Shown: in pieces, positions 1 through 11,107 of the stretch | Position numbering within the stretch: the first letter of the stretch is position 1 | How the letters are laid out: every line of letters starts with the position of its first letter | DNA from: Desulfuromonadales bacterium | Lineage (GTDB): Bacteria; Desulfobacterota; Desulfuromonadia; Desulfuromonadales; SZUA-540 | Reading direction: 5' to 3' | Assembly (NCBI GenBank): GCA_033549025.1 | Contig: JAWSUS010000002.1 | Span: forward strand, 224,001-288,000 | DNA: 64,000 nucleotides | The notes under the pieces: model-generated | Database searches by the model: none | The model's input: the letters and a program-made list of their open reading frames with translations, nothing else | What the model was told of the DNA's origin: nothing | Program-made: the position numbers and the translations under genes

Positions 1-123
1 GGACTTGGGACGGCCGACAAAGAGGGGAACAACCATGTGGGGAAAGACCACCACATCGCGCACCGGCAACAGGGGTAGATCTTCAAAGGTAACTTTATCC
101 TTCTTTTTTACTTTTTTTACCAA
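1..123 (-). CDS. lon: Lon protease (endopeptidase La), 5' end only; runs off the window
   Basis: Hand translation from TTG at 123: [41 protein letters not shown], the typical Lon N-terminus; GGAGG RBS at 129-133; not in the ORF track. Confidence 0.88.
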   Translation of the reverse strand, partial: MVKKVKKKDKVTFEDLPLLPVRDVVVFPHMVVPLFVGRPKS

Positions 124-261
124 CAGGACCTCCGCGGCCTCACGCCGTTTCACCAGGCTTTTCAACAGGAAACGCCCTGATGCGCCAAGATACAAAATCC
201 ACCGGGCAAAGTCCAGAAACTAACCGCCGGGGCTACCCCGCCGAGCCAAAGGATAAGGTCG

Positions 262-300
262 AAAAAGACGAAGGGCGACCCCTTGAGGTCGCCCTTCGTT
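262..300 (-). terminator. Intrinsic terminator of pckA
   Basis: ACGAAGGGCGACC / GGTCGCCCTTCGT inverted repeat followed by a T-run on the minus strand. Confidence 0.85.
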
Positions 301-324
301 ATATCCGTTGTTTATCAACCAGGC

Positions 325-1914
<1,590 letters not shown>

Positions 1915-2209
1915 GGTTCTGCTCTCCCATTACCTTGGTTCAAAAGGTTTGAAAAGAAAAATCCAACGATTTCAGACAGACGGCACCCTGAAGTTTGGTC
2001 AAAGGTCGCTCGGAAAGGGCACCGCGCCTTCCCATATTTCTTCGAATTTCCCACAAAAGAGACAATGTTATACCCGTAAAAACCCGGTTCTTTTATCAAG
2101 TTTAGCTCAAATAAAAAAGAAAAAATTGCCTTTTACCCTAAATAAAAAAGCAGATCCCCGGCGACAGCGACTTGCCTTCCTGCCACAATCTACAGCTACT
2201 CGCAATTTT

Positions 2210-2632
2210 TCAATCTGACAGAACTTCTGAACGAACCCGCAGGTAGGCGACGATGGACCAGATCTCCTCTTCGCTGAAATGGGCGCCGTAGGCCGGCATA
2301 ACCGAACCCCGGGAAAGATAAGGCTCAACCGTCTTCCCTTTGCGGATCCGCCAGAACAGATAGGCTGGATCGGCCTGACGGTAGGCCGGAGAGGTAAAGT
2401 TTGGGGCGGGAGGATGGAAAAAATCAGCCCGTTGACTGCGCCCTTCCGCCGGCCTGCCGTGGCACTCCGCGCAAAGCTGCCGGAAAAGGCGGCGGCCTTC
2501 CTGCTGGTTTTCCGCCCGCTGCAGATAACCGTCGGGCGGGGTCACCTTGGGGTAGGACGGCCCTCGGTCGCTGCAGGCCACCACCAGCAGAAGGGAGAGC
2601 CCTGAAACGGCGAAACGGCTAACCATGCGCAT
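2210..2632 (-). CDS. Monoheme cytochrome c, probable lipoprotein; last gene of hydrogenase operon
   Basis: CAECH heme motif, lipobox-like VVAC, distal MP; start may be 2626. Confidence 0.82.
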   Translation of the reverse strand: MRMVSRFAVSGLSLLLVVACSDRGPSYPKVTPPDGYLQRAENQQEGRRLFRQLCAECHGRPAEGRSQRADFFHPPAPNFTSPAYRQADPAYLFWRIRKGKTVEPYLSRGSVMPAYGAHFSEEEIWSIVAYLRVRSEVLSD

Positions 2633-2643
2633 CCTTTCTCCCT

Positions 2644-3141
2644 TCAGGCGGCGGCCAGAGAGACTCCCCAGGCAGCCAGCTCGTCGGCGACGGCATCCAC
2701 CACCGGCTCCAAGGCCCGGCCGACCGCCGGACTCAGCTGGAGCCCCGGCTCGATTTCTGCGACCTGCACCCCCCAGACCACGACCTCGGGCGGCAGATGT
2801 CCCTGCAGCTCCGCCACTGCGAGCAGATCCTGCAGTCCCATCTGATGCACGGACAGTTTGCCGGCAAAGGCGCGCGGCACCTCCTCGCCGGTCAGGCGCA
2901 CGATCGTTCCCGCCGCCGTCTGCAGGTCAAGGGCGTCCACAATCAGCAGGCGCTGCACCCCTTCGAGCTGGGGGAGCAGGTCAAGACCCAGGGTTCCGCC
3001 ATCGACCACCTGAACCTCCGCCGGAAAGACGAAGCGCTCCTGCAGTCGCCGCACCACATGCACCCCCAGGGCATCGTCCCCCATCAGCAGGTTGCCCAGG
3101 CCCATCACCAGAATGGCCACCTCAGAGTTCTCCCCGGTCAA
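2644..3141 (-). CDS. hyaD: Hydrogenase maturation protease (HyaD/HybD family)
   Basis: GLGNLLMGDDALG, VDGGT, IVDA, SVHQ motifs; operon context. Confidence 0.93.
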   Translation of the reverse strand: MTGENSEVAILVMGLGNLLMGDDALGVHVVRRLQERFVFPAEVQVVDGGTLGLDLLPQLEGVQRLLIVDALDLQTAAGTIVRLTGEEVPRAFAGKLSVHQMGLQDLLAVAELQGHLPPEVVVWGVQVAEIEPGLQLSPAVGRALEPVVDAVADELAAWGVSLAAA

Positions 3142-3775
3142 TATACTTGTAGCCGCCGAAGATGCTGCTCATGGTGCCGTTCATCTCCTTCATGTCCATG
3201 AGCCAGGCACTGTAGATGTGGTTGATGACGAAACCGGCCAACAGCCACATCACCAGATGATGAACGAGGCGCAGGGACTGATTGTCGATGAGCAGCCAGA
3301 CCCACCCGAACAGGGAATCGTAGAGACCGCCGGGCGCATACTGGCCGTAGAGCGCGAAGCCGCTGAATATCTGCACGACGAACAGGGTAAAAACGCCGGC
3401 GTACGCCAGAGTGGCCAGAGCGTTGTGGCCGATCTCGTAGGGAATGCGCGAACCGGTGAAGGTGTAGTAGCGGAAAAATTCGAAGCCGTTCTTCTGTCCC
3501 TTGCGGGTGACCAGGGGCATGAACATGCGCCAGGAGGACCATTCGTTGCCCAGGAAAAACCAGATCATGCGGGCCAGCACGGAGAAGGCAAAGAGATAGG
3601 CGAAGACAAAATGGATAAAACGCATCCAGCCCATGATATAGGCGGATGTCGTGTGGGCGCCGACAAACGGATGGCCGATGTAGATGCCGGTGCCGGAAAG
3701 AACCACCACGGATACCGCGTTGATCCAGTGCGTCAACCGAACCGGCAACTCCCAAACATATAGGATGCGGATCAT
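3122..3775 (-). CDS. hyaC: Ni/Fe-hydrogenase b-type cytochrome subunit
   Basis: YVWELPVRLTHW, RFIHF, GHNALA, LVHHL...HIY; multiple TM helices. Confidence 0.93.
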   Translation of the reverse strand: MIRILYVWELPVRLTHWINAVSVVVLSGTGIYIGHPFVGAHTTSAYIMGWMRFIHFVFAYLFAFSVLARMIWFFLGNEWSSWRMFMPLVTRKGQKNGFEFFRYYTFTGSRIPYEIGHNALATLAYAGVFTLFVVQIFSGFALYGQYAPGGLYDSLFGWVWLLIDNQSLRLVHHLVMWLLAGFVINHIYSAWLMDMKEMNGTMSSIFGGYKYIDRGEL

Positions 3776-3790
3776 GAGCGGGCCTCCTTG

Positions 3791-5503
3791 TCAGAGAACT
3801 TTCACCTTGACGATCTCGCTGCCGCTCCCGTCGAGCACGTGCACCGCACAGGCCAGGCAGGGATCGAAGGAGTGGATGGTGCGCAGGATTTCCAGCGGCT
3901 GCTCCGGATTGGCAATGGGGGTGCCGATCAGGGCCGCCTCGTAGGGCCCCATCTGCCCGAGGGGATCACGCGGGCCGGCGTTCCAGGTGGAGGGCACCAC
4001 GGCCTGAAAATTGGCGATGGCGCCGTTTTTGATGCGGATCCAGTGGCCCAAGGCGCCGCGGGGCGCCTCATGATAGCCGAAGCCCGCCGCCTCTTTCGGC
4101 CAGGTCGAGGGGTCCCATTTTTCGCCGTTGTGCACCTCGAGGATACCGCGCCCCATGTTGTCGGCGAGCTGGTCGAGCCAGCTCTCGTTCTTCTGGGCCA
4201 GCAGCAGGGTCTCGATCCCGCGGGCGGCGGTGCGGCCCAGGGTGGAAAAGAGCACCTCCGGCCCCACATTCAGCTTGCCGAGCACAAAATCGACCACCTG
4301 CTTTACCTCGGGATGGCCCTTGGCGTAGGCGATGACCATGCGCGCCAGCGGGCCGACTTCCATGGGCTGGTCGAGATAGCGGGGGGATTTGACCCAGGAA
4401 TATTTGGCCTCGGTGTCGAGAAAATCGTAGGGGGGCTTAGGCCCCGTGTACTTGTGCGCGGTTTCACCGTCGTAAGGATGCAGCCCCTTGTCGTCGCCGG
4501 CCTGATAGCTGTACCAGGAATGGGTGACGTATTCGGCGATCTTGGCCTGGTCCATCTCCAGCACATTGGCCAGGTCTTTGCCCAGCACGACGCCGCGCGG
4601 AAACCAGTTGGCCTCCGTGCTGCCACTATTGTCGAGAGGAAAATCCCCATAGGTGAGGAAGTTGCCCACCCCGCCGCCGATGCCGGCCCAGTCCTTGTAG
4701 AAAGAGGCCACGGCCAGCAGATCGGGGATGTAGACCTGCTCGACGAAAGTCCGGGCCTTGCGTAGCAGCTTGCGGATGAAGGCGATCTTGTCTGCGTTGA
4801 GGGCATTCTGGCTGTCGGGATCGACGGGGATGGACATGCCACCCACCAGGAACGTCTGCGGATGGGGGTTTTTGGAGCCGAGAATGGCGTGGATCTTGAT
4901 GATGTCCTTCTGCCATTCCAATGCTTCGAGATAGTGAGCCACCGCCATGAGGTTGGCTTCCGGCGGCAGGCGATAGGCGCTGTGCCCCCAGTAGGCGTTG
5001 GCGAAAGGCCCCAGGCGGCCGGTGCCGACGAAAGCGGCGATGCGCTCCTGGATCGCCTTGAAGTAGGCGGTCCCCGATACCGGCCAGTCGGAGAGGGATT
5101 GGGCCAGCCTGGCGGTCGCGGCCGGGTCGGCTTTGAGGGCGCCGGTAATATCGACCCAGTCGAGGGCATGCAGGTGATAAAAGTGGATCACATGGTCCTG
5201 CACATTCTGGATGCCCATGATCAGGTTCCGGATCAGGCGGGCGTTATCGGGGATCTGAATCCCCAGGGCATCTTCCACGCAGCGAATGCTGGCCATGGAA
5301 TGTACCGTGGTGCAAACGCCGCAAAAGCGCTGGGTAAAATGATGCGCGTCCCGGGGGTCCCGCCCCTTGAGGATGGTTTCGATGCCGCGAAAGGCGGTGG
5401 AGGAGCTCCAGGCATTGGCGATGCGGCCATCCTCCAGTTGGGCCTCGATGCGCAGGTGCCCTTCGATGCGGGTGATCGGATCAACGACGATCTTCTTGGC
5501 CAT
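3791..5503 (-). CDS. hyaB: Group 1 [NiFe]-hydrogenase large subunit
   Basis: DPITRIEGH, L1 QRFCGVCTTVH, L2 SFDPCLACAVH plus cleavable C-terminal tail. Confidence 0.96.
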   Translation of the reverse strand: MAKKIVVDPITRIEGHLRIEAQLEDGRIANAWSSSTAFRGIETILKGRDPRDAHHFTQRFCGVCTTVHSMASIRCVEDALGIQIPDNARLIRNLIMGIQNVQDHVIHFYHLHALDWVDITGALKADPAATARLAQSLSDWPVSGTAYFKAIQERIAAFVGTGRLGPFANAYWGHSAYRLPPEANLMAVAHYLEALEWQKDIIKIHAILGSKNPHPQTFLVGGMSIPVDPDSQNALNADKIAFIRKLLRKARTFVEQVYIPDLLAVASFYKDWAGIGGGVGNFLTYGDFPLDNSGSTEANWFPRGVVLGKDLANVLEMDQAKIAEYVTHSWYSYQAGDDKGLHPYDGETAHKYTGPKPPYDFLDTEAKYSWVKSPRYLDQPMEVGPLARMVIAYAKGHPEVKQVVDFVLGKLNVGPEVLFSTLGRTAARGIETLLLAQKNESWLDQLADNMGRGILEVHNGEKWDPSTWPKEAAGFGYHEAPRGALGHWIRIKNGAIANFQAVVPSTWNAGPRDPLGQMGPYEAALIGTPIANPEQPLEILRTIHSFDPCLACAVHVLDGSGSEIVKVKVL

Positions 5504-5506
5504 GGC

Positions 5507-6634
5507 CTACTCCTCCTTGTCCCTTTGCACGAGGTTGTCCGATTTGAAGGCATGCCCCTTGCGAAAAGCACTGGCCACGCCATGGGCAGCAAAGGCCGCC
5601 GCCGTTCCCACCGCCAGGCCCACACCGATCTGGTCGGCCGTCACCTCGACCCCGAAGCCCGGCACCTGCGGCAGACGACGGTAGAAGGGGGTCATGGTAT
5701 CCCAGAAACCGGGCTCGGCACAGCCGATGCAGCCGTGACCGGCCATGACCGGCCAGCTGGTGCCCTCGTTGTAGCGAATGGTTGGACAGTTGTGAAAAGT
5801 CTCGGGGCCTTTGCACCCGAGCTTGTACAGGCAGAAACCCTTGCGATGCCCCTCGTCACCGAAGGCCTCGGCGTACTGGCCCGCATCGAAATGGCTGCGA
5901 CGCTCACAGTTGTCGTGAATGCGTTTGCCGTAGGCAAAGAGGGGGCGGCCGAGACGGTCGGTGGCCGGCAGGCGGCTGAAGGTCAGGAAATGGACGATGG
6001 TGGCGGTGAGGTTGTCGACATTCAGAGGACAGCCCGGCAGGTTGATGACGGTGGCGCCGGGGACGGCCTCCTGCACCGAGATGGCACCGGTGGGGTTGGG
6101 GGCGGCGGCCGGCAGTCCGCCAAAGGTGGCGCAGTTGCCCACGGCGATGGTGGCCGCGGCATTGCCGCACACCTTGCGGGCGATGTTCAGGGCGCTGTCG
6201 CCGGCGATGGTGCAGTAGACGCCGCCATCCCCGGCGGGAATGGACCCTTCAACCACGGCAATATACTGGCCCTTGTATTTCTCCATGGCCTGGTGCTTGG
6301 CTTCCTCCGCCTGCTGACCCGCAGCGGCCATGATGGTCTCGTGATACTCCACGGAGAGCAGGTCGAGGAGGATCTCCGCCACAGTCGGCTGATTGGCCCG
6401 CAACAGAGCCTCCGTATCCCCGGTGCACCCCTGGAACTCCACCCAGATCACCGGCACCCGCAGATCTTCCAGCGCCTCGGCCACCCGGGGGACAAAGGAC
6501 AACGGCAGCGCCAGCGTCGCCGTCATCCCCGTGCAGAACTTGATAAAATCACGGCGACTGACACCGCGCGTCTCCCACTTCTGCAGGATCTCCTCCGGCA
6601 GAACAACGGCTTCAGAGGAAAAGTCTTCTTTCAT
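5507..6634 (-). CDS. hyaA: Group 1 [NiFe]-hydrogenase small subunit with Tat signal and C-terminal TM anchor
   Basis: SRRDFIK Tat motif; CTGD, HDNCERR, CLYKLGCKGP, GHGCIGC Fe-S ligands. Confidence 0.95.
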   Translation of the reverse strand: MKEDFSSEAVVLPEEILQKWETRGVSRRDFIKFCTGMTATLALPLSFVPRVAEALEDLRVPVIWVEFQGCTGDTEALLRANQPTVAEILLDLLSVEYHETIMAAAGQQAEEAKHQAMEKYKGQYIAVVEGSIPAGDGGVYCTIAGDSALNIARKVCGNAAATIAVGNCATFGGLPAAAPNPTGAISVQEAVPGATVINLPGCPLNVDNLTATIVHFLTFSRLPATDRLGRPLFAYGKRIHDNCERRSHFDAGQYAEAFGDEGHRKGFCLYKLGCKGPETFHNCPTIRYNEGTSWPVMAGHGCIGCAEPGFWDTMTPFYRRLPQVPGFGVEVTADQIGVGLAVGTAAAFAAHGVASAFRKGHAFKSDNLVQRDKEE

Positions 6635-6939
6635 CAGCCCGGCCTCCTCAATTCAAGGTAAAAAAGCAGTGTTCGCATCACCCTAAGCTTCAGACAACAG
6701 CCATCACCCTTTAATCCCAACCCTTCCATTATAGCGGCCCGACCTTCATGTCAAGCTTTCACCGGACATTTGTCTCCCCTCTTCGACCTTCCCATTAAGC
6801 CGTTGATCTTAAATGGTTATTTTTCCCATTTACGGACACCTCGCCGGACAGACTGGCGCCTCAGGCCATCTATACAAGAAAGCCTTTGCTGTTATACTGA
6901 TTTCAGCCTTCACACATGCAGCAGAAAGGGGGAGCGAAC

Positions 6940-7458
6940 ATGCAAAAAGACGTGGGAAAATTCGGCATCAGTGACAAGCGCGGCAGGGTCAAAACGAGTT
7001 CGGATCCTTACATCCCCGAAGAGGGGCGCAAGGAACCATCGCTCTGCAGTGGCTGCAAGGCCGTGTATAAAAACAAGCGGTGGACCTTTGATCCCGACTT
7101 CTACGAAACGGCCAGCAAGGACTCCGGCTCGCACTGGGTCACCTGCCCGGCCTGCCAGAAAATCGAGCAGAAATACGCAGAAGGCGTCGTGACCCTGCGC
7201 GGCAGTTACCTCTGGGAGCATGAAGAGGAAATCCGCAACATTCTCAAGAATGAAGAAACCAGGGCGATGGCCAAAAATCCCCTGGAGCGCATCATCCAGA
7301 TCAGCCGGCAGGACGACGCCCTGGTTGTGGAGACCACCGAGGAGAAGCTGGCGGAACATCTGGGCAGGGCTCTGCACAAGGCCCACCAGGGTGAGATCAA
7401 TGTCTCCTGGACGGAAGACCACGCCAGATGCCGCGTCACCTGGGAACGCGAAGGATAA
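6940..7458 (+). CDS. BCAM0308-family protein (two CxxC pairs)
   Basis: CSGC...CPAC, NPLERII, TTEEKLAEHLGRAL resemble this family; GGAG RBS before ATG 6940. Confidence 0.7.
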   Translation: MQKDVGKFGISDKRGRVKTSSDPYIPEEGRKEPSLCSGCKAVYKNKRWTFDPDFYETASKDSGSHWVTCPACQKIEQKYAEGVVTLRGSYLWEHEEEIRNILKNEETRAMAKNPLERIIQISRQDDALVVETTEEKLAEHLGRALHKAHQGEINVSWTEDHARCRVTWEREG

Positions 7459-7551
7459 AGACTTGGCCAACCGATCCGCGCAAAGCAACCGCTTCCTTTT
7501 CTCTTCGACCCTTCTTTGCGCTTCGCGGCCAGCGGATGGCCAGGGGTGAGC

Positions 7552-7968
7552 ATGTCCTCCTACCGTCTCCTGGAACATACGGCCGACATGGGCATCGAGG
7601 CGACCGCCGCGACCCTGGAGGAGCTCTATGCGCAGGCCGCCAAAGGACTCATCGCCATTATTTTCGGTGACAGCTGCGGCCCGGCGCTGAGTGACCGCGT
7701 CATCGAACTGGACGGCAGCGACCTCGCCGACCTGCTGGTTCGCTGGCTCAATGAGATTCTCTACCTTGTCGAAGTGGAGCACTTCCTTCCCTGCCAGTTC
7801 ACCCTCGACCCCATCCGGAACCATCACCTGCGGGGCCATGTACGGGGCTTCCAATTTGATGTGGAGGGCGTCCAGGCGGAAAGGGAGGTCAAGGCCATCA
7901 CCTATCACCAGCTCGAGGTTCGCCGCCAGGCTGCGGGCTGGCTGGCTCGGGTCTACGTCGACCTGTGA
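7552..7968 (+). CDS. Archease
   Basis: N-terminal EHTAD, C-terminal VKAITYH and VDL; adjacent to rtcB. Confidence 0.93.
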   Translation: MSSYRLLEHTADMGIEATAATLEELYAQAAKGLIAIIFGDSCGPALSDRVIELDGSDLADLLVRWLNEILYLVEVEHFLPCQFTLDPIRNHHLRGHVRGFQFDVEGVQAEREVKAITYHQLEVRRQAAGWLARVYVDL

Positions 7969-7979
7969 GAGATGGAAAG

Positions 7980-9422
7980 ATGAGCGTTAAAATCGAGCGC
8001 ATCGATGCCTGCCGCTGGCGCATTCCCCGGGAAGGAGACATGCGCACCGAGGGGCTGGTCTTCGCCAGCGAGAAGATGATCGATTTCCTGCGCCAGGAGC
8101 AGGCCCTCGAACAGGTACGCAACGTCGCCACCCTGCCCGGCATTGTCGGCCCCTCCATCGCCATGCCGGACATTCACTGGGGCTACGGCTTTCCCATCGG
8201 CGGTGTCGCCGCCTTTTCGGCGGACGAGGGAGTCGTTTCCCCCGGCGGGGTCGGCTACGACATCAACTGCGGCGTACGCCTGTTGCGTAGCAGTCTTACC
8301 GTGGCGGAGATTCGGCCCGTCGCCCAACAACTGGCCGATACGCTCTTTCGCAACATCCCCTCCGGGATCGGCTCCTGCCGCCAGGATCTCAAACTCAACT
8401 CATCCCAGGAGCTCAAGGTTCTGCGCCAGGGGGCCCGCTGGGCCGTGGAGCACGGCTTCGGCAACGAAGAGGATTTGCTCCACATCGAAGAGGGCGGCAC
8501 CCTTGCCGGCGCCGACCCCGAACTGATTTCCGTTCGGGCCCTCGAACGCGGCCGCGCCCAGCTCGGCACTTTGGGCAGCGGCAATCACTTTCTCGAGGTA
8601 CAGGAGGTGGAAACGATCGAGGATCCGGCCGCGGCAGAGGCTCTCGGCCTTTTCCCGGGGCAGATGACCGTCACCATCCACACAGGCAGCCGGGGACTGG
8701 GCTACCAGGTGTGCGACGACTACCTGCGCCTCATGCAGAAGGCCAGCCAGAAATACGGCATCCATCTTCCCGACCGCCAGCTCTGCTGTGCGCCTCTGTC
8801 CAGCCCGGAAGGCAAGCAGTACCTGGCCGCCATGGCCTGCGCCGCCAACTTCGCCTTCGCCAACCGGCAGCTGATTACCGCCTGGGTGCGGGAATCTTTC
8901 GAGCAGGTGACGGGCAAGGGACCGGGCGACTTGCGCCTCTCCGTTATCTATGATGTCTGTCACAACATTGCCAAGTGGGAGAAACATCCCGTCAAGGGCC
9001 GGGAGATAACCCTGTGCGTCCACCGCAAGGGAGCCACCCGCGCTTTTCCGCCTGGCCATCCCGACACTCCGGCGCTCTACCGGCACATCGGTCAGCCGGT
9101 GCTGATCCCCGGCGACATGGGTCGCTATTCCTATGTTCTGGTGGGGACGCAGGCGGGCTTTGAAGAGACTTTCGGGTCGACGTGCCACGGGGCCGGCCGC
9201 CTTATGTCCCGGCATGCCGCCAAACGTGTCGCCCGCGGCCGCAACATCGAGGCGGAACTGGCCAGACAGGGTATCCTCATTCGGGCCGCCGGGCGGGCCA
9301 CAGTGGCGGAAGAGATTCCGGAGGCCTACAAGGATGTCATGGAGGTGGTCGATGTGGTGCAGCAGGCGGGGATCGGTAAAATCGTGGCCCGGCTGCGGCC
9401 TGTCGTCGTCATCAAAGGCTGA
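7980..9422 (+). CDS. rtcB: RtcB RNA ligase (archease-dependent type)
   Basis: MPDIHWGYGFPIGGV, GYDINCG, LGSGNHFLE, IHTGSRG, HRKGATR, STCHGAGR, EEIPEAYKD. Confidence 0.96.
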   Translation: MSVKIERIDACRWRIPREGDMRTEGLVFASEKMIDFLRQEQALEQVRNVATLPGIVGPSIAMPDIHWGYGFPIGGVAAFSADEGVVSPGGVGYDINCGVRLLRSSLTVAEIRPVAQQLADTLFRNIPSGIGSCRQDLKLNSSQELKVLRQGARWAVEHGFGNEEDLLHIEEGGTLAGADPELISVRALERGRAQLGTLGSGNHFLEVQEVETIEDPAAAEALGLFPGQMTVTIHTGSRGLGYQVCDDYLRLMQKASQKYGIHLPDRQLCCAPLSSPEGKQYLAAMACAANFAFANRQLITAWVRESFEQVTGKGPGDLRLSVIYDVCHNIAKWEKHPVKGREITLCVHRKGATRAFPPGHPDTPALYRHIGQPVLIPGDMGRYSYVLVGTQAGFEETFGSTCHGAGRLMSRHAAKRVARGRNIEAELARQGILIRAAGRATVAEEIPEAYKDVMEVVDVVQQAGIGKIVARLRPVVVIKG

Positions 9423-9458
9423 TTTCAGCCTGGAGTGATCTAAAAGAGGGGGATTTTC

Positions 9459-10355
9459 ATGAAAGTATTCGTTACCGGAGGAACGGGATTTGTCGGCACC
9501 GAGATCATCCGCCAGCTCACCGCGGCCGGGCATACGGCCCGCTGTCTGGTCAGGCCGGGGTCGGAACACAAGATGGAGATTCTGAAGGGTGTGGAAATCC
9601 GGCATGGCGACGCCAGCCAACCGGAGACCCTCGTGGACGCCTTAAAAGGCTGTGACGGGGTAATCCACCTCATCGGCATCATTCGCGAATTTCCCCACAA
9701 GGGAATCACTTTCAAAAAACTGCACGTCGAAGCAACCCGCCACATTCTGCAGGCGGCCAGGGAACAGGGCGTCGGCCGTTTCGTGCATATGAGTTCCAAC
9801 GGTACGCGAGAGGGGGCGACCAGCGACTATCACCAAAGCAAATGGGCGGCCGAAGAACTGGTGCGGGATTCCGGCCTCGACTGGACCATCTTCCGCCCCT
9901 CGGTCATCTTCGGTCCCGGTGACCAGTTCATCAACATGCTTGCCGACATGATGCACAAGTTCCCTGTCATGCCCGTCATCGGTGACGGCGCCTACCGCAT
10001 GTCCCCCGTCGCCGTCGAGGATGTGGCCAAGGGCTTCATCCAAAGCCTCAAACTGCCAGAAGCCAGCAGCCAGGTCTACCATTGCTGCGGTCCCCAGGCC
10101 CTTACCTACGATGAGATTCTCGACGAGATCGGGCGGGCTCTCGGCAAAACGTCCGTGGCCAAGCTCCACCATCCCCTCTGCCTCATGAAGCCGGTGGTCG
10201 GCCTACTGGACGGCTTTTCCTGGTTCCCTCTCACCCGCAACCAGTTGGCCATGATGCTTGAGGGCAACGTCTGCGACCCCGAACCCTGGGCCCAAACCTT
10301 CGGAATCAAGCCGACCCCTCTGGCTGAAGGCATCGGCCGCTATCTGTCGTCCTGA
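9459..10355 (+). CDS. NAD(P)-binding atypical SDR (NDUFA9-like epimerase/dehydratase family)
   Basis: TGGTGFVG Rossmann motif, YHQSK, FRPSVIFG. Confidence 0.88.
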   Translation: MKVFVTGGTGFVGTEIIRQLTAAGHTARCLVRPGSEHKMEILKGVEIRHGDASQPETLVDALKGCDGVIHLIGIIREFPHKGITFKKLHVEATRHILQAAREQGVGRFVHMSSNGTREGATSDYHQSKWAAEELVRDSGLDWTIFRPSVIFGPGDQFINMLADMMHKFPVMPVIGDGAYRMSPVAVEDVAKGFIQSLKLPEASSQVYHCCGPQALTYDEILDEIGRALGKTSVAKLHHPLCLMKPVVGLLDGFSWFPLTRNQLAMMLEGNVCDPEPWAQTFGIKPTPLAEGIGRYLSS

Positions 10356-10358
10356 GGT

Positions 10359-10742
10359 TTATTTCGCCTCTTCCTGCCGCCGGGAGTCCAGGTACTGACG
10401 GATCCCGGCCTGCAGGGCACTGGCAATCAGGTTGGAGCAGTGTTCCTTCTCTGCGGGCAATCCGCCGAGGGCCGCAGTCACTTCGGCATCCCCGAGCGCC
10501 AGAGCCTCAGCCAGAGTTTTCCCTTTGACCAGCTCGCTTCCCATGGACGAGGTGGCGATAGCCGCCCCGCAGCCATAAATCTTGTAGCGGATATCGACCA
10601 GGCGGTCGTCCTCGATTTTGAGCGTGAGCAACAGCGAGTCCCCGCACCCAGGGTCGCCCACCTGCACCAGCACGGTGGGGTCGTCGATAATCCCCACATT
10701 GCGTGGATTGTTGAAATGATCCAGCACCGCTTCGGTATACAT
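10359..10742 (-). CDS. NifU/IscU-type Fe-S cluster scaffold protein
   Basis: YTEAVLDHFNNPRNVG, GCGD, GCGAAIA, KEHCS. Confidence 0.9.
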   Translation of the reverse strand: MYTEAVLDHFNNPRNVGIIDDPTVLVQVGDPGCGDSLLLTLKIEDDRLVDIRYKIYGCGAAIATSSMGSELVKGKTLAEALALGDAEVTAALGGLPAEKEHCSNLIASALQAGIRQYLDSRRQEEAK

Positions 10743-10780
10743 ATTCCGGCTCTCCAACCCTTCCCCGTGATGGCCGCCAG

Positions 10781-11092
10781 TTACGGCGACTCTTCTTCTG
10801 CAGGCTCTTCACCGATAACCAGGGCATAGCCTTCGATCAGGGCCTGGGCCGTTTTGCGGCGGGCGCTCGCCACCAGTCGCTGAACGGTGCCACGAGAGAT
10901 TCCCATGCGCCCCCCGGCATCCTCCTGCGTCAGACCGAGCCCGTCACAGAGATGGAGGGCTTCCAGTTCATCGTGGTGTAGAAAGAGCTGCGCCAACTCC
11001 TTCAGCGGAATGCCGGCCGGCTTGAACACCTGACTCACTTCACCCTGAAAAGGGCAGCTGCAGTTACGCGGTTTTTTACTCCGTGGCGACAT
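10781..11092 (-). CDS. DUF134 family DNA-binding protein
   Basis: FKPAGIP, ELEALHLCD, GISRGTVQR HTH. Confidence 0.88.
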   Translation of the reverse strand: MSPRSKKPRNCSCPFQGEVSQVFKPAGIPLKELAQLFLHHDELEALHLCDGLGLTQEDAGGRMGISRGTVQRLVASARRKTAQALIEGYALVIGEEPAEEESP

Positions 11093-11107
11093 GCGGCGTC
11101 CTTCCCC

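Noticed and set aside
3791..5503. [NiFeSe]-hydrogenase, given likely Sec usage
   Set aside because: L2 motif is DPCLAC with Cys codons and there is no in-frame TGA.
6728..6754. Consensus TTGACA/TATAAT promoter for the hydrogenase operon (minus strand)
   Set aside because: Both hexamers are perfect but the spacer is only 15 bp; plausible yet not supportable without TSS data.
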